From: Alphaproteobacteria bacterium
Lineage (GTDB): Bacteria; Pseudomonadota; Alphaproteobacteria; CALKHQ01
Reading direction: 5' to 3'
DNA length: 64,000 nucleotides
Assembly: GCA_965227515.1 (NCBI GenBank)
Contig: CBDDFZ010000001.1
Location: 3,648,001-3,712,000, forward strand
Shown in pieces: positions 47,518 through 57,101 of the stretch. The stretch's first letter is position 1. The number at the start of each line of letters is the position of its first letter. A model generated the notes under the pieces. It searched no databases. It saw only the letters and a list, made by a program, of their open reading frames with translations, and was not told the origin of the DNA. The position numbers and the translations under genes were made by a program.

Positions 47518-48735
47518 CTATTGGATCAGCCCGCTCTCCTTGGCCAGGCTCAGATAGGCGGCCTCCACATCGGCCAGAGTCTGCTCGGCGCTCTCGTCAC
47601 CGAGCAGGAAGTCGGCGATGTTGTCGCCCAGCGCGGTGTGCATCAGGCCCATCTCCGTCGACGCCGGATAGGACGGTGCGCCAGCGATGGCGGAGTCGAT
47701 GGCGCCCTGCGCCACCGGGCTCGGCTCGAAGCCATCGATCAGCCACACGGCGACATCGTTGTTGGCCTGCACCATCTCGGTGTCCAGGCCCTCCATTGCG
47801 ACGCGGAACGCGGCCTCGGCCTCCTCGTCGGGGATGTTCTTGGCGATGACGATACCGTCCCACCACAGGGTGGTCGCCGGTGCACCGCCTTCGACGGCGG
47901 CCGGAGCGGCGGCCATCGTCACCAGGCCGACCACGCTGGACTCCGCCTCGTCGTCCATGGCGCCGGCGCGGCTCGCCCACAGATTGGCCATGGCGATGTC
48001 GCCCTGCTGGAACTGCTGCTGCACATAGGTTGAGTCGGAGACCAGGAACTCGGGGTCCATATAGGCGGTCAGCGCCTTCAGCATCTCCAGCGCCTGCACG
48101 CCCTGCTCGTTGTTGACCGACGGCGTCAGGTCGTCGTTGAAGAACGCGCCGCCGAAGCCGAGGTACATATTGATGAATTCCTCGCCCAGGTTCCAACCGG
48201 TCATGAACGTGCCGCCGATCGGGTAGTCCACCACCCCGGCCTCCTGGATCACCTCGGCCGCGGCCAGCATCTCGTCATAGGTTGTAGGCGGCGCCAGGCC
48301 CAGGTCGTCGAAAATATCGGATCGGTACATCAGGTGCTGGGCGTTCACCATCATCGCGATCGCCATGATGTCGCCGTCGATGGAGATGAGCTGGTTCGGG
48401 GTCAACTGGCCGCCATACGCCTCCACCAGGTCGTTCAGCGGGCGGATGGTGCCGTCGTTCAGCAGCGGCACCAGGGTGCCGTTGGCGACCCCGCCGACAT
48501 GATAGAGCGACGGATCGGCGGCGAAGCCTGTCGGTTGCTTGGTGCGAAACTCCTGGTCGAGCTCGGCATTGACGTTGCCGCACTCGGCCATCGCGCCGGT
48601 GACCGCTTGCCAGGCTTCGAACGCCGCCGACAGCATGCTGATCTCGACATCGTTCTCGAACGCGCATTCGGCGAACGCGCCGCCAGCCGGCGCAATCGCG
48701 CAGGCCGACGCCAAGGCGATGGTGCGAAGCTTCAT
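47518..48735 (-). CDS. Carbohydrate ABC substrate-binding protein
   Basis: Signal peptide ending AFA-E; LMYRSDIF..PPTTYDEM; ATG at 48735 after GGGAG. Confidence 0.88.
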   Translation of the reverse strand: MKLRTIALASACAIAPAGGAFAECAFENDVEISMLSAAFEAWQAVTGAMAECGNVNAELDQEFRTKQPTGFAADPSLYHVGGVANGTLVPLLNDGTIRPLNDLVEAYGGQLTPNQLISIDGDIMAIAMMVNAQHLMYRSDIFDDLGLAPPTTYDEMLAAAEVIQEAGVVDYPIGGTFMTGWNLGEEFINMYLGFGGAFFNDDLTPSVNNEQGVQALEMLKALTAYMDPEFLVSDSTYVQQQFQQGDIAMANLWASRAGAMDDEAESSVVGLVTMAAAPAAVEGGAPATTLWWDGIVIAKNIPDEEAEAAFRVAMEGLDTEMVQANNDVAVWLIDGFEPSPVAQGAIDSAIAGAPSYPASTEMGLMHTALGDNIADFLLGDESAEQTLADVEAAYLSLAKESGLIQ

Positions 48736-48774
48736 GTCAATCTCCCTGAGTTTCAATTAGGGGCTGCCTGAGGT

Positions 48775-49851
48775 TCAATTGGTTGGCGGGGCGGCGGCGG
48801 GCTCGATCCGCTGCCCGTTCTCGCGGTCGAACAAATGGCAATGGGCGACCGGGACGTGGAAGCCGACCGTGTCGCCGATTTCGGCGCGGTAGTCCTTGTC
48901 GGCCTTGACCGCGACCAGGGCGCCGCCCGCGCGCACCGTGACCATGGTCGAATCGCCAAGCAGTTCGATGGAGAAGATCGGCGCCGCCACCTCAGCGCCC
49001 TCGGGCGGGCCGACACGGGCGTCCTCCGCCCGGAAGCCGAGCGTCACCGGGCCGCGCTCGCCGGTGACCAAGCCACCGATCTCGACGTTGTCGCCGCGGA
49101 AGATGCCGTCGGTCACCTCGCCCTCCATCAGGTTCATCGCCGGCGAGCCGATGAACCCGGCCACGAACGTATTGGCGGGGTTGTTGTAGATCTCGGTCGG
49201 TGAGCCGACTTGCTGCACGACGCCGTGGTTCATCACCACCACGCGATCGGCCAGCGTCATCGCCTCGATCTGATCGTGGGTGACATAGATCGTCGTGACT
49301 TCCAGCTCGTGCTGCAGGTTCTTCAACTGCGCCCGGGTCGAGACGCGCAACTTGGCGTCCAGATTGGACAGCGGCTCGTCCATCAGGAACACCTGCGGCT
49401 GGCGCACGATGGCCCGCGCCAAGGCCACGCGCTGGCGCTGTCCGCCGGAGAGCGCGGCCGGCTTGCGGTCCAGCAACTCGGACAGCTCCACCATTTCCGC
49501 GGCCCTGCGCACCCGCTCGTCATGGGCGGCGGTCGGCACCTTGCGCACCTTCAGCGGGAAGCGAATGTTCTCGTAGACGGTCATGTTCGGATAAAGGCCG
49601 TAGCTCTGGAACACCATCGCCACGTCGCGGTCCTTGGGCTCCAGGTCGTTCACGACCCGGCCGCCGATCAGGATCTCGCCCTCGGTCGCGTCCTCCAGGC
49701 CGGCGACCATGCGCATGGTCGTGGTCTTGCCGCAGCCCGACGGGCCAAGCAGCACCAGGAACTCGTGGTCCTCCACCGTCAGGTCGAACTTGTCGACCCC
49801 GACGAAGCTGCCCCAGCGCTTGGAGACGTTTCGCAGTTGGATTTCCGCCAC
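48775..49851 (-). CDS. Sugar ABC ATP-binding protein
   Basis: GPSGCGKTT, LSGGQRQR, DEPLSNLD and FIGSPAMN motifs; GTG start after GAGAGG. Confidence 0.93.
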   Translation of the reverse strand: MAEIQLRNVSKRWGSFVGVDKFDLTVEDHEFLVLLGPSGCGKTTTMRMVAGLEDATEGEILIGGRVVNDLEPKDRDVAMVFQSYGLYPNMTVYENIRFPLKVRKVPTAAHDERVRRAAEMVELSELLDRKPAALSGGQRQRVALARAIVRQPQVFLMDEPLSNLDAKLRVSTRAQLKNLQHELEVTTIYVTHDQIEAMTLADRVVVMNHGVVQQVGSPTEIYNNPANTFVAGFIGSPAMNLMEGEVTDGIFRGDNVEIGGLVTGERGPVTLGFRAEDARVGPPEGAEVAAPIFSIELLGDSTMVTVRAGGALVAVKADKDYRAEIGDTVGFHVPVAHCHLFDRENGQRIEPAAAPPTN

Positions 49852-49864
49852 CGGCAGACCTCTC

Positions 49865-49880
49865 TTGCATACGAATGCAA
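49865..49880. promoter_or_regulatory. LacI-type operator, copy 1
   Basis: TTGCATACGAATGCAA, a near-palindrome with central CG in a divergent intergenic region; exact reverse complement of 59698-59713. Confidence 0.8.
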
Positions 49881-49934
49881 AGAGTGTAGTCATGGGTTCG
49901 AAGAACGACAACCAATTTGTGGTGGCGCCCTGTA

Positions 49935-50915
49935 ATGAACGATCGCGAAGCCGCACGAGATTTCCTGACCCAACTCATGGCCGCGGACGACGCGGGCTGC
50001 GCGCGGCTGCTGACCGATGGGCTGGCAACCGACAGCCGCTGGCAGGTGGCGCACCCGGTCAATGACCTGGCCGGCCCCGAGGCGGTCTTCGAGGGGTTGC
50101 TGCACCCGCTGCGAACCGCCCTGCCCGGCGCAATGCGGCGCGACGAGATTTTCCTGGGCGGCCGGTCGCGCGTGTCGCAGGGCACATGGGTCTCGGCACT
50201 CGGCCACTACGTCGGCAACCTCGTCGAACCGCTGTTCGGCATTCCGGCCAACGGCAAGCTCGTGTTCCTACGCTATGGCGAGTTCTACAGGCTTGAGGGC
50301 GGGCGGATCGCGGAGGCGATCATCCTGTTCGACCTGGTCGACCTGATGCGCCAGGCCGGGTGCATGCCCCTGCCCGCCCTGCTCGGCACCGAAATGCTGT
50401 TCCCGGCCCCGGCCACCCACGACGGTGTCTGCCCCGACGCGCCGGATCGCTCCGATGCGTCTGCCGAACTGGTGGAAGCCATGCTCGGCGACCTCCATGC
50501 CTACGACCCCACAACCTTCGCCAGCGCCAACCAGACCGGCGCGGGCGGCTACTGGCATCGCGACATGCTGTGGTACGGTCCGGGCGGCATCGGCTCCAAT
50601 TTCACCTATGCGGGTTTCGACCGCGACCACCGGGTCGCCTTCCTGACCGCGTTTCCGGACCGCAAGGGCGGCAACCACTTCGCGCGCTTCGGCGATGGCG
50701 ACTATGTGTGCTCAGGCGGATGGCCTTCCATGACCGCGACCCATCGCGGCCCCTATCTCGGTGTCGAGGCGACGAACCGCGCGATCACCATGCGGGTGAT
50801 GGACTTCTGGCGGGTGGCCGGTTCGAAGATCATGGAGAACTGGGTGCTGATCGACATGGTGCACCTGTTCGACCAGTTGGGCGTGGACCTGATCGCACAG
50901 TGCAGCGCGCGCTGA
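49935..50915 (+). CDS. SnoaL-like/ester cyclase protein, two domains
   Basis: FGIPANGK..EFYR..G.I.E; WYGPGGIG; H.GPYLG..T..MDFWR...KIMENWVLID. Confidence 0.85.
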   Translation: MNDREAARDFLTQLMAADDAGCARLLTDGLATDSRWQVAHPVNDLAGPEAVFEGLLHPLRTALPGAMRRDEIFLGGRSRVSQGTWVSALGHYVGNLVEPLFGIPANGKLVFLRYGEFYRLEGGRIAEAIILFDLVDLMRQAGCMPLPALLGTEMLFPAPATHDGVCPDAPDRSDASAELVEAMLGDLHAYDPTTFASANQTGAGGYWHRDMLWYGPGGIGSNFTYAGFDRDHRVAFLTAFPDRKGGNHFARFGDGDYVCSGGWPSMTATHRGPYLGVEATNRAITMRVMDFWRVAGSKIMENWVLIDMVHLFDQLGVDLIAQCSAR

Positions 50916-50928
50916 TCTGTAGACGCGC

Positions 50929-51900
50929 CTACCGGCCCATTGACGCGTCGAACTGGGCGTAGAACTGCTGCACATCCCGCCCGAAGGACTGCCGGAACGC
51001 CGACCGCCAATTCATCCCGCTGCCCAGCATGCGCCAGAACGTCGGCAGGCTGCCGATCCCGCTCTGCATCACCAGGTCCTGGACGGCGACCCGCGCCACC
51101 GGCCATTTCAGCTCCGGGGTCCAGTCGCGCTGCGCCTCCATGCTGGACAGCACCGGCGCGCCGTTGGTCGACCAGGCGCGCGCCACCAGCCGATCCTCAT
51201 CGAACCTGTGCCACGCGCCCGGGTCCATGGTCTCCACCAGCATCGAGTAGGCGATGTACTCGCTGGCACCCTCGATCAGCCAGATCGGCCCGAACAGTTC
51301 GGTCGTATTGGTGGGATCGGTCAGCAGGAACGAGTCGCGGTCTCCCGCAAAATCGTGCTGCATGATGTGCGCCATCTCGTGCGCCAGCAGATGGTTGCGT
51401 TGCAACCTGCGTTGCGCCAGTTCGGCGCTGACGCCTTCGCGCCCCGTGTTGACGACGATGAAGTTATCGCCGGCCTGCCCCGTCGAGTTGGCTATCCGGG
51501 CGACGAAATCGACCGGCAGAGTGTCATCGACGTGCGCAACGACCTGATCGCGGAGCCAGTAAGGATCGGCGGACGCGAATATCGCCAGCGGCCGGTCGCG
51601 CTGATATCCGAAATGACTATGCAGATAGGCGGCCGCCATTGCCGCCCCCTCCGCAATGTAACGGCGGTCCGCGGCCGAAACGTTGTCGTCGAAACCGAAC
51701 GACATCGTGCCCTGCTGGGCGCCCGCAACAATGCCCAGGGAAGCGGCGCCGGCGGCCGGCGAGACATCGGCAACGACATCGCTGGCCTGGGTCGAGGCGA
51801 CCTGAAAAGGCTGCCTGCTCTTCGGCTGGCAAGCACCCAGAAGTGCTACGATGACAACGGCAGAAACAATAAATACATTTGTATGCAACTTAAATATCAT
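50929..51900 (-). CDS. Hypothetical lipoprotein with HEXXH zinc-peptidase-like motif
   Basis: Lipobox-like LLGAC; LAHEMAH and downstream WLIEGASEY (gluzincin-like pattern). Confidence 0.6.
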   Translation of the reverse strand: MIFKLHTNVFIVSAVVIVALLGACQPKSRQPFQVASTQASDVVADVSPAAGAASLGIVAGAQQGTMSFGFDDNVSAADRRYIAEGAAMAAAYLHSHFGYQRDRPLAIFASADPYWLRDQVVAHVDDTLPVDFVARIANSTGQAGDNFIVVNTGREGVSAELAQRRLQRNHLLAHEMAHIMQHDFAGDRDSFLLTDPTNTTELFGPIWLIEGASEYIAYSMLVETMDPGAWHRFDEDRLVARAWSTNGAPVLSSMEAQRDWTPELKWPVARVAVQDLVMQSGIGSLPTFWRMLGSGMNWRSAFRQSFGRDVQQFYAQFDASMGR

Positions 51901-51949
51901 CGTAGCCCCCCAAGATTAACAATAGGGCGCAATATCGAGGGCCGCAATA

Positions 51950-52717
51950 TTACCCTGCCGTCCAACCGCCGTCGATCAGCAGCGATGTGCCGGTCACCAT
52001 CGCGGACGCATCTGACGCCAGGTAGACGATGGCGCCCATGATGTCCTCGATGTTGCCGATGCGGCCCAATTTGATCTTGCTCTCGATCCAGCGCATCCGC
52101 TCGGGGTTGGAGAATGTCTGTTCGGCCAGGGGCGTGCGGATGAAGGTCGGGCCGATGGTGTTGACCCGGATCCCATGCGGTCCCCACTCGATCGCCATCG
52201 CCTTGGTGAACCCCTCGATGGCGAATTTGGAGGCGCAATAGACCGCGCGGTCCAGCCCGCCGACATGACCCATCTGGGACGAAACGGTGACGATGGAGCC
52301 CGGCTTGCCGGCGTCGATCAACCCCTTGGCAACCGCCTGGGCGAGGAAGTAGGCGCCGCGCAGGTTGACCGACATCACCGCGTCATAGTCGTCCGGCGTG
52401 GTCTCCACCGCCGGAGTATGGCGGGCAATGCCGGCCGAATTGACCAGCACGTCGAAGGGACCGTGGCGCGCAATCGCCTCCGCCGCTGCCTCGACATTGG
52501 CGATGTCGAGCGGAAGGGCCTCGGCAGACCAGCCCTCGCCGGTTATGGCAGCGGTCGCTTCCTCCAGGCGTTCGAGCCCGCGCGCGGCAAGCACGACGTG
52601 GGCACCGGCCTCGGCGAGAGCAACGGCGCAGCCGAAGCCGATGCCGGACGATCCGCCGGAAACCAGCGCGCGCCGGCCGTCCAGCCGCATGGATGGCGTG
52701 CGCGGAATGCCCGTCAT
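51950..52717 (-). CDS. hpsO: SDR oxidoreductase, HpsO-like (DHPS-associated dehydrogenase)
   Basis: PRTPS.RLDGRRALVSGGSSGIG, SSQMGHVGG, YCASK and PTFIRT motifs; in the same operon as hpsN. The SDR call is firm; the hpsO assignment rests on context and recalled similarity. Confidence 0.7.
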   Translation of the reverse strand: MTGIPRTPSMRLDGRRALVSGGSSGIGFGCAVALAEAGAHVVLAARGLERLEEATAAITGEGWSAEALPLDIANVEAAAEAIARHGPFDVLVNSAGIARHTPAVETTPDDYDAVMSVNLRGAYFLAQAVAKGLIDAGKPGSIVTVSSQMGHVGGLDRAVYCASKFAIEGFTKAMAIEWGPHGIRVNTIGPTFIRTPLAEQTFSNPERMRWIESKIKLGRIGNIEDIMGAIVYLASDASAMVTGTSLLIDGGWTAG

Positions 52718-53739
52718 CGCTTCATGCCCCATCGCGCCTTGTTGAATTCGCGCAGGCGCGCGAACACGTCGACGCCAAGCTGCGCATAGACGTCGAGCAG
52801 GTCGACCATCACCCAATTCTCGCGGATCAGCCCATCCTCCAGCCGCCAGAAGTCCAAACTGCGCATGGTGATGCGCTTGCCGGCCGGCGCAATGCCCATC
52901 CAGCCGTCATGGGTCAGGGTCTGGATCATGTCGGGCCAGCCGGTGACGCCGGCATACGCGCCCTCGGCAAAGAAATGATAGACGATCTCGTCGACATACT
53001 GACCGCGGTCCGGCATGGCATTGAGGAACGGGATCTGGTGCCAGTTGCGGAAGCCCTCGATACCGCGCCCGGTGCCGATGCCCGACGGGCCATACCACGT
53101 CATCCGCGGGTGCCAATAGCGTTCCATCTCCATCACTTCCGGTCCGCCCTGCGACGGGTGCCGCTTCATCGCCGTCAGCATATCGATGATGTGCTGGCGG
53201 GTGGCGATGGCCATGTCCGGATCGTGCGGGCCCAGCCCATCCTGGGACGCCGGCCCGGGCACGTGCCATTCGCGGCCCAGGCTGGGCGCCATCGGCCAGG
53301 CGCCGGCCTGCATCATCACCTCGGGAATGTCCCACAGCGCCTGCATCTCGACCACGCGGCCGTCCTCGACCCGAAAGAACTCATGAAAGCGCATGTGCGC
53401 GAGGTGGCCAGTGGGCGGAATGTCGAGCCAGGGCTCGGCGAACGTGCCGAGGTAGAAGCCGCCGCAGCCGACCCATTGGTCGCCATGCGGGGTCTCGCCG
53501 GCAATAACGATATGGTCGCGCCGCTCCAGGTCTGGCCACGCTGAATGGAGTGGTCCCAGGGCACGGCCATACAGGCCGTCCGCACCGTCCATATCCTCGA
53601 ACGGATAGGCCAGATGCACGGCGGCATCCGGCGCGAACGCATCCGCCAGCGCCGCCCGGACGCTGTCGGGCGCGAAGTCATAGAGCGCGCGGCGCAACGG
53701 CGCCAACCGCGCCGTGTTGGCGGCGTGGATATCGGTCAC
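52714..53739 (-). CDS. SnoaL-like/ester cyclase protein, two domains
   Basis: WLDIPPTG..RFHEFFR; WYGPSGIG; WMGIAPAGK..LDFWR..GLIRENWVMVD; ATGA overlap with the SDR gene. Confidence 0.85.
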   Translation of the reverse strand: MTDIHAANTARLAPLRRALYDFAPDSVRAALADAFAPDAAVHLAYPFEDMDGADGLYGRALGPLHSAWPDLERRDHIVIAGETPHGDQWVGCGGFYLGTFAEPWLDIPPTGHLAHMRFHEFFRVEDGRVVEMQALWDIPEVMMQAGAWPMAPSLGREWHVPGPASQDGLGPHDPDMAIATRQHIIDMLTAMKRHPSQGGPEVMEMERYWHPRMTWYGPSGIGTGRGIEGFRNWHQIPFLNAMPDRGQYVDEIVYHFFAEGAYAGVTGWPDMIQTLTHDGWMGIAPAGKRITMRSLDFWRLEDGLIRENWVMVDLLDVYAQLGVDVFARLREFNKARWGMKR

Positions 53740-53742
53740 GTG

Positions 53743-55068
53743 CTACTCGGCGGCATCCCGGTAGGGTGCCGGCTCGCCATAGGGCACGTTGATGCCGCCA
53801 TAGCGCCGCACCCTGACGTTGGCCTGCTCGGCATGGCCCACGAACCCCTCCAGCATGCACAGCCGCGAGCAGTATTCGCCCACCTGGGTGGCGGCCTCGT
53901 CGGTCAGCACCTTCTGGTAGGAGTGGGTCTTCAGGAACTTGCCGACCCACAACCCGCCGGTATAGCGCCCCGCCTTCTTGGTCGGCAGGGTGTGGTTGGT
54001 ACCGATCACCTTGTCGCCGTTGGAGACGTTGGTGCGCGGCCCCAGGAACAGCGCGCCATAGGCGGTCATGTTGTCCAGGAACCAGTCGTCGCGGTCGGTC
54101 ATCACCTGCACGTGCTCGGAGGCGATGTCGTCGGCGACCGCCAGCATCTCGTCATAGTCGTCGCAGAGGATGACCTCGCCATAGTCGCGCCAGCTCGCCG
54201 ACGCGGTCTCCGCAGTGGGCAGGATTTGCAGCAGCCGGTCGACCTCGGCCAACGTTTCCTCGGCCAGCTTGCGCGAATTGGTGACCAGGATCGCCGGCGA
54301 GTTGTAGCCGTGCTCGGCCTGGCCCAGCAGGTCGGTGGCGCAGAGCTCGGCATCCACCGTGTCGTCGGCGACGATCAAGGTCTCGGTCGGCCCGGCCAGC
54401 AGGTCGATGCCGACGCGCCCGAAGAGCTGACGCTTGGCCTCGGCGACATAGGCATTGCCGGGACCGACCAGCATGTGCACCGGCTCGATGGTCTCGGTGC
54501 CGAGGGCCAGCGCGCCGACCGCCTGGATGCCGCCGAGCACGTAGATCTCGTGCGCGCCGCCGAGTTGCATCGCCGCGATCACCGCCGGGTTGGGCTCGCC
54601 CTTGAACGGCGGTGTGGCGGCCGCGATGCGCGGCACGCCGGCCACCGAGGCGGTCAGAACCGACATATGCGCCGACGCCACCATCGGGAACTTGCCGCCG
54701 GGCACATAGCATCCCACCGACTGCACCGGAATGTTGCGGTGGCCCAGGATGACGCCGGGCAGCGTCTCGACCTCGACGTCGGTCATCGAGGCGCGCTGGG
54801 CCTCGGCGAACCGCCTGATCTGCGCCTGGGCAAAGCGGATGTCGGCCATGTCGCGGTCGGAGACACGGCCCATCAGCGCCTCGATCTCGGAGGACGACAG
54901 CCGGAAACGTTCGGGCGTGTAGCCGTCGAACTTGGCGGACAACTCCCGCACCGCCGCGTCGCCACGCGCGGCGATACCGTCCAGCGTCGCCTCGACGACC
55001 GCGCGCACCTTGGCGTCGTCGTCCGCCCGGTCTTCGGCCGGCTTGCCGCGTTTGAGGTAGGTGGTCAT
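53743..55068 (-). CDS. hpsN: Sulfopropanediol (DHPS) 3-dehydrogenase, HisD paralogue
   Basis: HisD fold motifs ([27 protein letters not shown]) but [13 protein letters not shown] where HisD has GDY..G.NH; no his genes nearby; adjacent SDR and LacI regulator. Confidence 0.82.
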   Translation of the reverse strand: MTTYLKRGKPAEDRADDDAKVRAVVEATLDGIAARGDAAVRELSAKFDGYTPERFRLSSSEIEALMGRVSDRDMADIRFAQAQIRRFAEAQRASMTDVEVETLPGVILGHRNIPVQSVGCYVPGGKFPMVASAHMSVLTASVAGVPRIAAATPPFKGEPNPAVIAAMQLGGAHEIYVLGGIQAVGALALGTETIEPVHMLVGPGNAYVAEAKRQLFGRVGIDLLAGPTETLIVADDTVDAELCATDLLGQAEHGYNSPAILVTNSRKLAEETLAEVDRLLQILPTAETASASWRDYGEVILCDDYDEMLAVADDIASEHVQVMTDRDDWFLDNMTAYGALFLGPRTNVSNGDKVIGTNHTLPTKKAGRYTGGLWVGKFLKTHSYQKVLTDEAATQVGEYCSRLCMLEGFVGHAEQANVRVRRYGGINVPYGEPAPYRDAAE

Positions 55069-55091
55069 GCTCGGTTTCCTTCTAATTCCAA

Positions 55092-55195
55092 CGTCATCGC
55101 GAGGCTGCGTCAGCAGCCGCGGCGATCCAGGCGTTCGTCGCGGCTGTGCCGATATCGCTCTGGATTGCCGCGTCGCTCCGCTCCTCGCAATGACG
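55092..55195. repeat. Palindromic element, CGTCATTGCGAG..CTCGCAATGACG family
   Basis: Inverted arms; the right arm is complementary to the half element at 24211-24254. Confidence 0.8.
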
Positions 55196-55218
55196 ATGAG
55201 TGGAAAACACACTCACCG

Positions 55219-56274
55219 TCACCCCCTGATCCGCTGCTCGGTGGCGGCATCGAAAAGGTAGACATGGGCCCCTGCCAGCGACAGTGACACCGTGTCGCCG
55301 ATGGCGCGGCGCATGCGGCGTTCGCCCTTGGCAACGATGCGCTGACTGCCGATCTCGATCGTGACCAGCACGCTCTCGCCGGTCGGCTCGAAGGCGTAGA
55401 CCGACGCGTCGAAGTCGCCGGCGCCGGCCTCGCCGACGCTGATGTCCTCCGGCCTGACTCCGAGCACGACCCCTTCGCGGTCGCCCGGCACGTTGCAAGG
55501 CACGCTCAACGGGCCGGCGGCAAACCGACCGCCCTCAAGCCGTCCCTCGATCAGGTTCATCGCCGGCGAGCCGATGAAACCGGCGACGAACAGATTGGCC
55601 GGATCGTCGTAGATCTCATCCGGCGGCCCAAGCTGCTGGATGACGCCGTGGTTCATCACCGCCACCCGGTCGGCCAGGGTCATCGCCTCGATCTGGTCGT
55701 GGGTGACGTAGACGGTGGTGATCGCCAGCTCGTGCTGCAGGTGCTTGATCTCGGCGCGCATGGAAACCCTGAGCTTGGCATCCAGGTTCGACAGCGGCTC
55801 GTCCATCAGGAACACCTGCGGCGTGCGCACGATGGCGCGGGCCAGGGCCACGCGCTGGCGCTGGCCGCCGGACAGCTCGCGCGGCTTGCGGTGCAGCAGG
55901 TCGGCGAGCTGTACCTTCTCGGCCGCTTGCTGGACGCGCGGCCCGATCTCCGGCTTCGGCGTGCCGCGCACATCGAGCGGGTACCCGATGTTGCGCGCCA
56001 CCGTCATGTGCGGATAGAGGCCGTAGTTCTGGAACACCATGGCGATGTCACGGTCTTTCGGCAGCTCGTCGTTGACCATGCGGTCGCCGATCCAGACCTC
56101 GCCCTCGCTGGGGTCCTCCAGACCGGCGATCATCCGCATGGTGGTGGTCTTGCCGCAGCCCGACGGGCCCAGCAGCACCAGGAACTCCTGGTCGGCGATG
56201 TCGAGCGACTGGTTGTCGACGGCGACGAAGTCGCCCCAGCGCTTGCTCACATTTTCCAGCCTGACGCCAGCCAT
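55219..56274 (-). CDS. Sugar ABC ATP-binding protein
   Basis: GPSGCGKTT, LSGGQRQR and DEPLSNLD motifs; real start MAGVRL at 56274. Confidence 0.93.
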   Translation of the reverse strand: MAGVRLENVSKRWGDFVAVDNQSLDIADQEFLVLLGPSGCGKTTTMRMIAGLEDPSEGEVWIGDRMVNDELPKDRDIAMVFQNYGLYPHMTVARNIGYPLDVRGTPKPEIGPRVQQAAEKVQLADLLHRKPRELSGGQRQRVALARAIVRTPQVFLMDEPLSNLDAKLRVSMRAEIKHLQHELAITTVYVTHDQIEAMTLADRVAVMNHGVIQQLGPPDEIYDDPANLFVAGFIGSPAMNLIEGRLEGGRFAAGPLSVPCNVPGDREGVVLGVRPEDISVGEAGAGDFDASVYAFEPTGESVLVTIEIGSQRIVAKGERRMRRAIGDTVSLSLAGAHVYLFDAATEQRIRG

Positions 56275-57101
56275 CAGCGTACCGCCCCCATGGTCATGCC
56301 CTGCACGAAATGACGTTGGATGATCAGCGCCAGCACGAACATCGGCACCATGATGATGATGCCGGCGGCCGCCAGCAGGTTCCACTGGTCGCCTTCCTCC
56401 GCCTTGAACAGGGCGAGGCCCACCGGCAGGGTCACCGCGTCCTTGGTGGTCAGGATCAGCGCGAACAGGAAGTCGTTCCAGGCGATGATGAAGCAGAAGA
56501 TGGCACCGGTGATGATGCCGGGGGCGGCCATCGGCATTACGATGCGCACGATCACCTGCATGCGTGTCGAGCCGTCGACGAGGGCCGCTTCCTCGGTGTC
56601 CTTCGGTATCCCGTCGATGAACCCTTTGATCATCCATATCGCGAAGGGCATCACGATCGACAGGTTCACCAGCACCAGGCCGTACCAGGTGTCGGTGATC
56701 TTCAGGTCGCGAAACATCAGGAAGAACGGCAGCACGATGACCACGGCGGGCACGAACTGGGTGGCCAGGATCATCACGAACATCACCCGCTCGCCACGCA
56801 TGCGAAAGCGCGAGAACGAATAGGCGGCACAGGTCGCGATCGGAATCGCGATGGCCACGGTGACCGTGGCGACGAGCGTGGAGTTCCACAGCTTGTCGCC
56901 CAGATCGTAGGGCGCATCGAACACGGTGGCGTAGTTGTCGAGCGTCGGCTCGAAGAAGAGCTTGAGCTGGTAGACGTCGACGTGGGTCTTGAACGAGGCG
57001 AGCGCGATCCAGGCGATCGGCACCATCATGAACAAGACGACCAGCACGATCAGCGCGACCTTGCCCGCCTCGACCAGCCGGCGTTTCTGGCGGTTGGTCA
57101 C
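56274..57101 (-). CDS. Carbohydrate ABC permease
   Basis: EEAALVDG, WNDFLFA and QRHFVQGMT.G motifs; GTG start at 57101. Confidence 0.9.
   Translation of the reverse strand: MTNRQKRRLVEAGKVALIVLVVLFMMVPIAWIALASFKTHVDVYQLKLFFEPTLDNYATVFDAPYDLGDKLWNSTLVATVTVAIAIPIATCAAYSFSRFRMRGERVMFVMILATQFVPAVVIVLPFFLMFRDLKITDTWYGLVLVNLSIVMPFAIWMIKGFIDGIPKDTEEAALVDGSTRMQVIVRIVMPMAAPGIITGAIFCFIIAWNDFLFALILTTKDAVTLPVGLALFKAEEGDQWNLLAAAGIIIMVPMFVLALIIQRHFVQGMTMGAVR

Noticed and set aside
53743-55068. Histidinol dehydrogenase hisD
   Set aside because: GDK replaces the HisD GDY motif, no his genes are adjacent, and the context matches hpsN.
55219-56889. Apparent N-terminal extensions or fusions in the ORF track (also 44721-45707, 58263-59828, 27804-29030, 53743-55212)
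   Set aside because: The extensions overlap neighbouring genes or repeats; internal starts with SD or stop-start overlaps give normal-length proteins.
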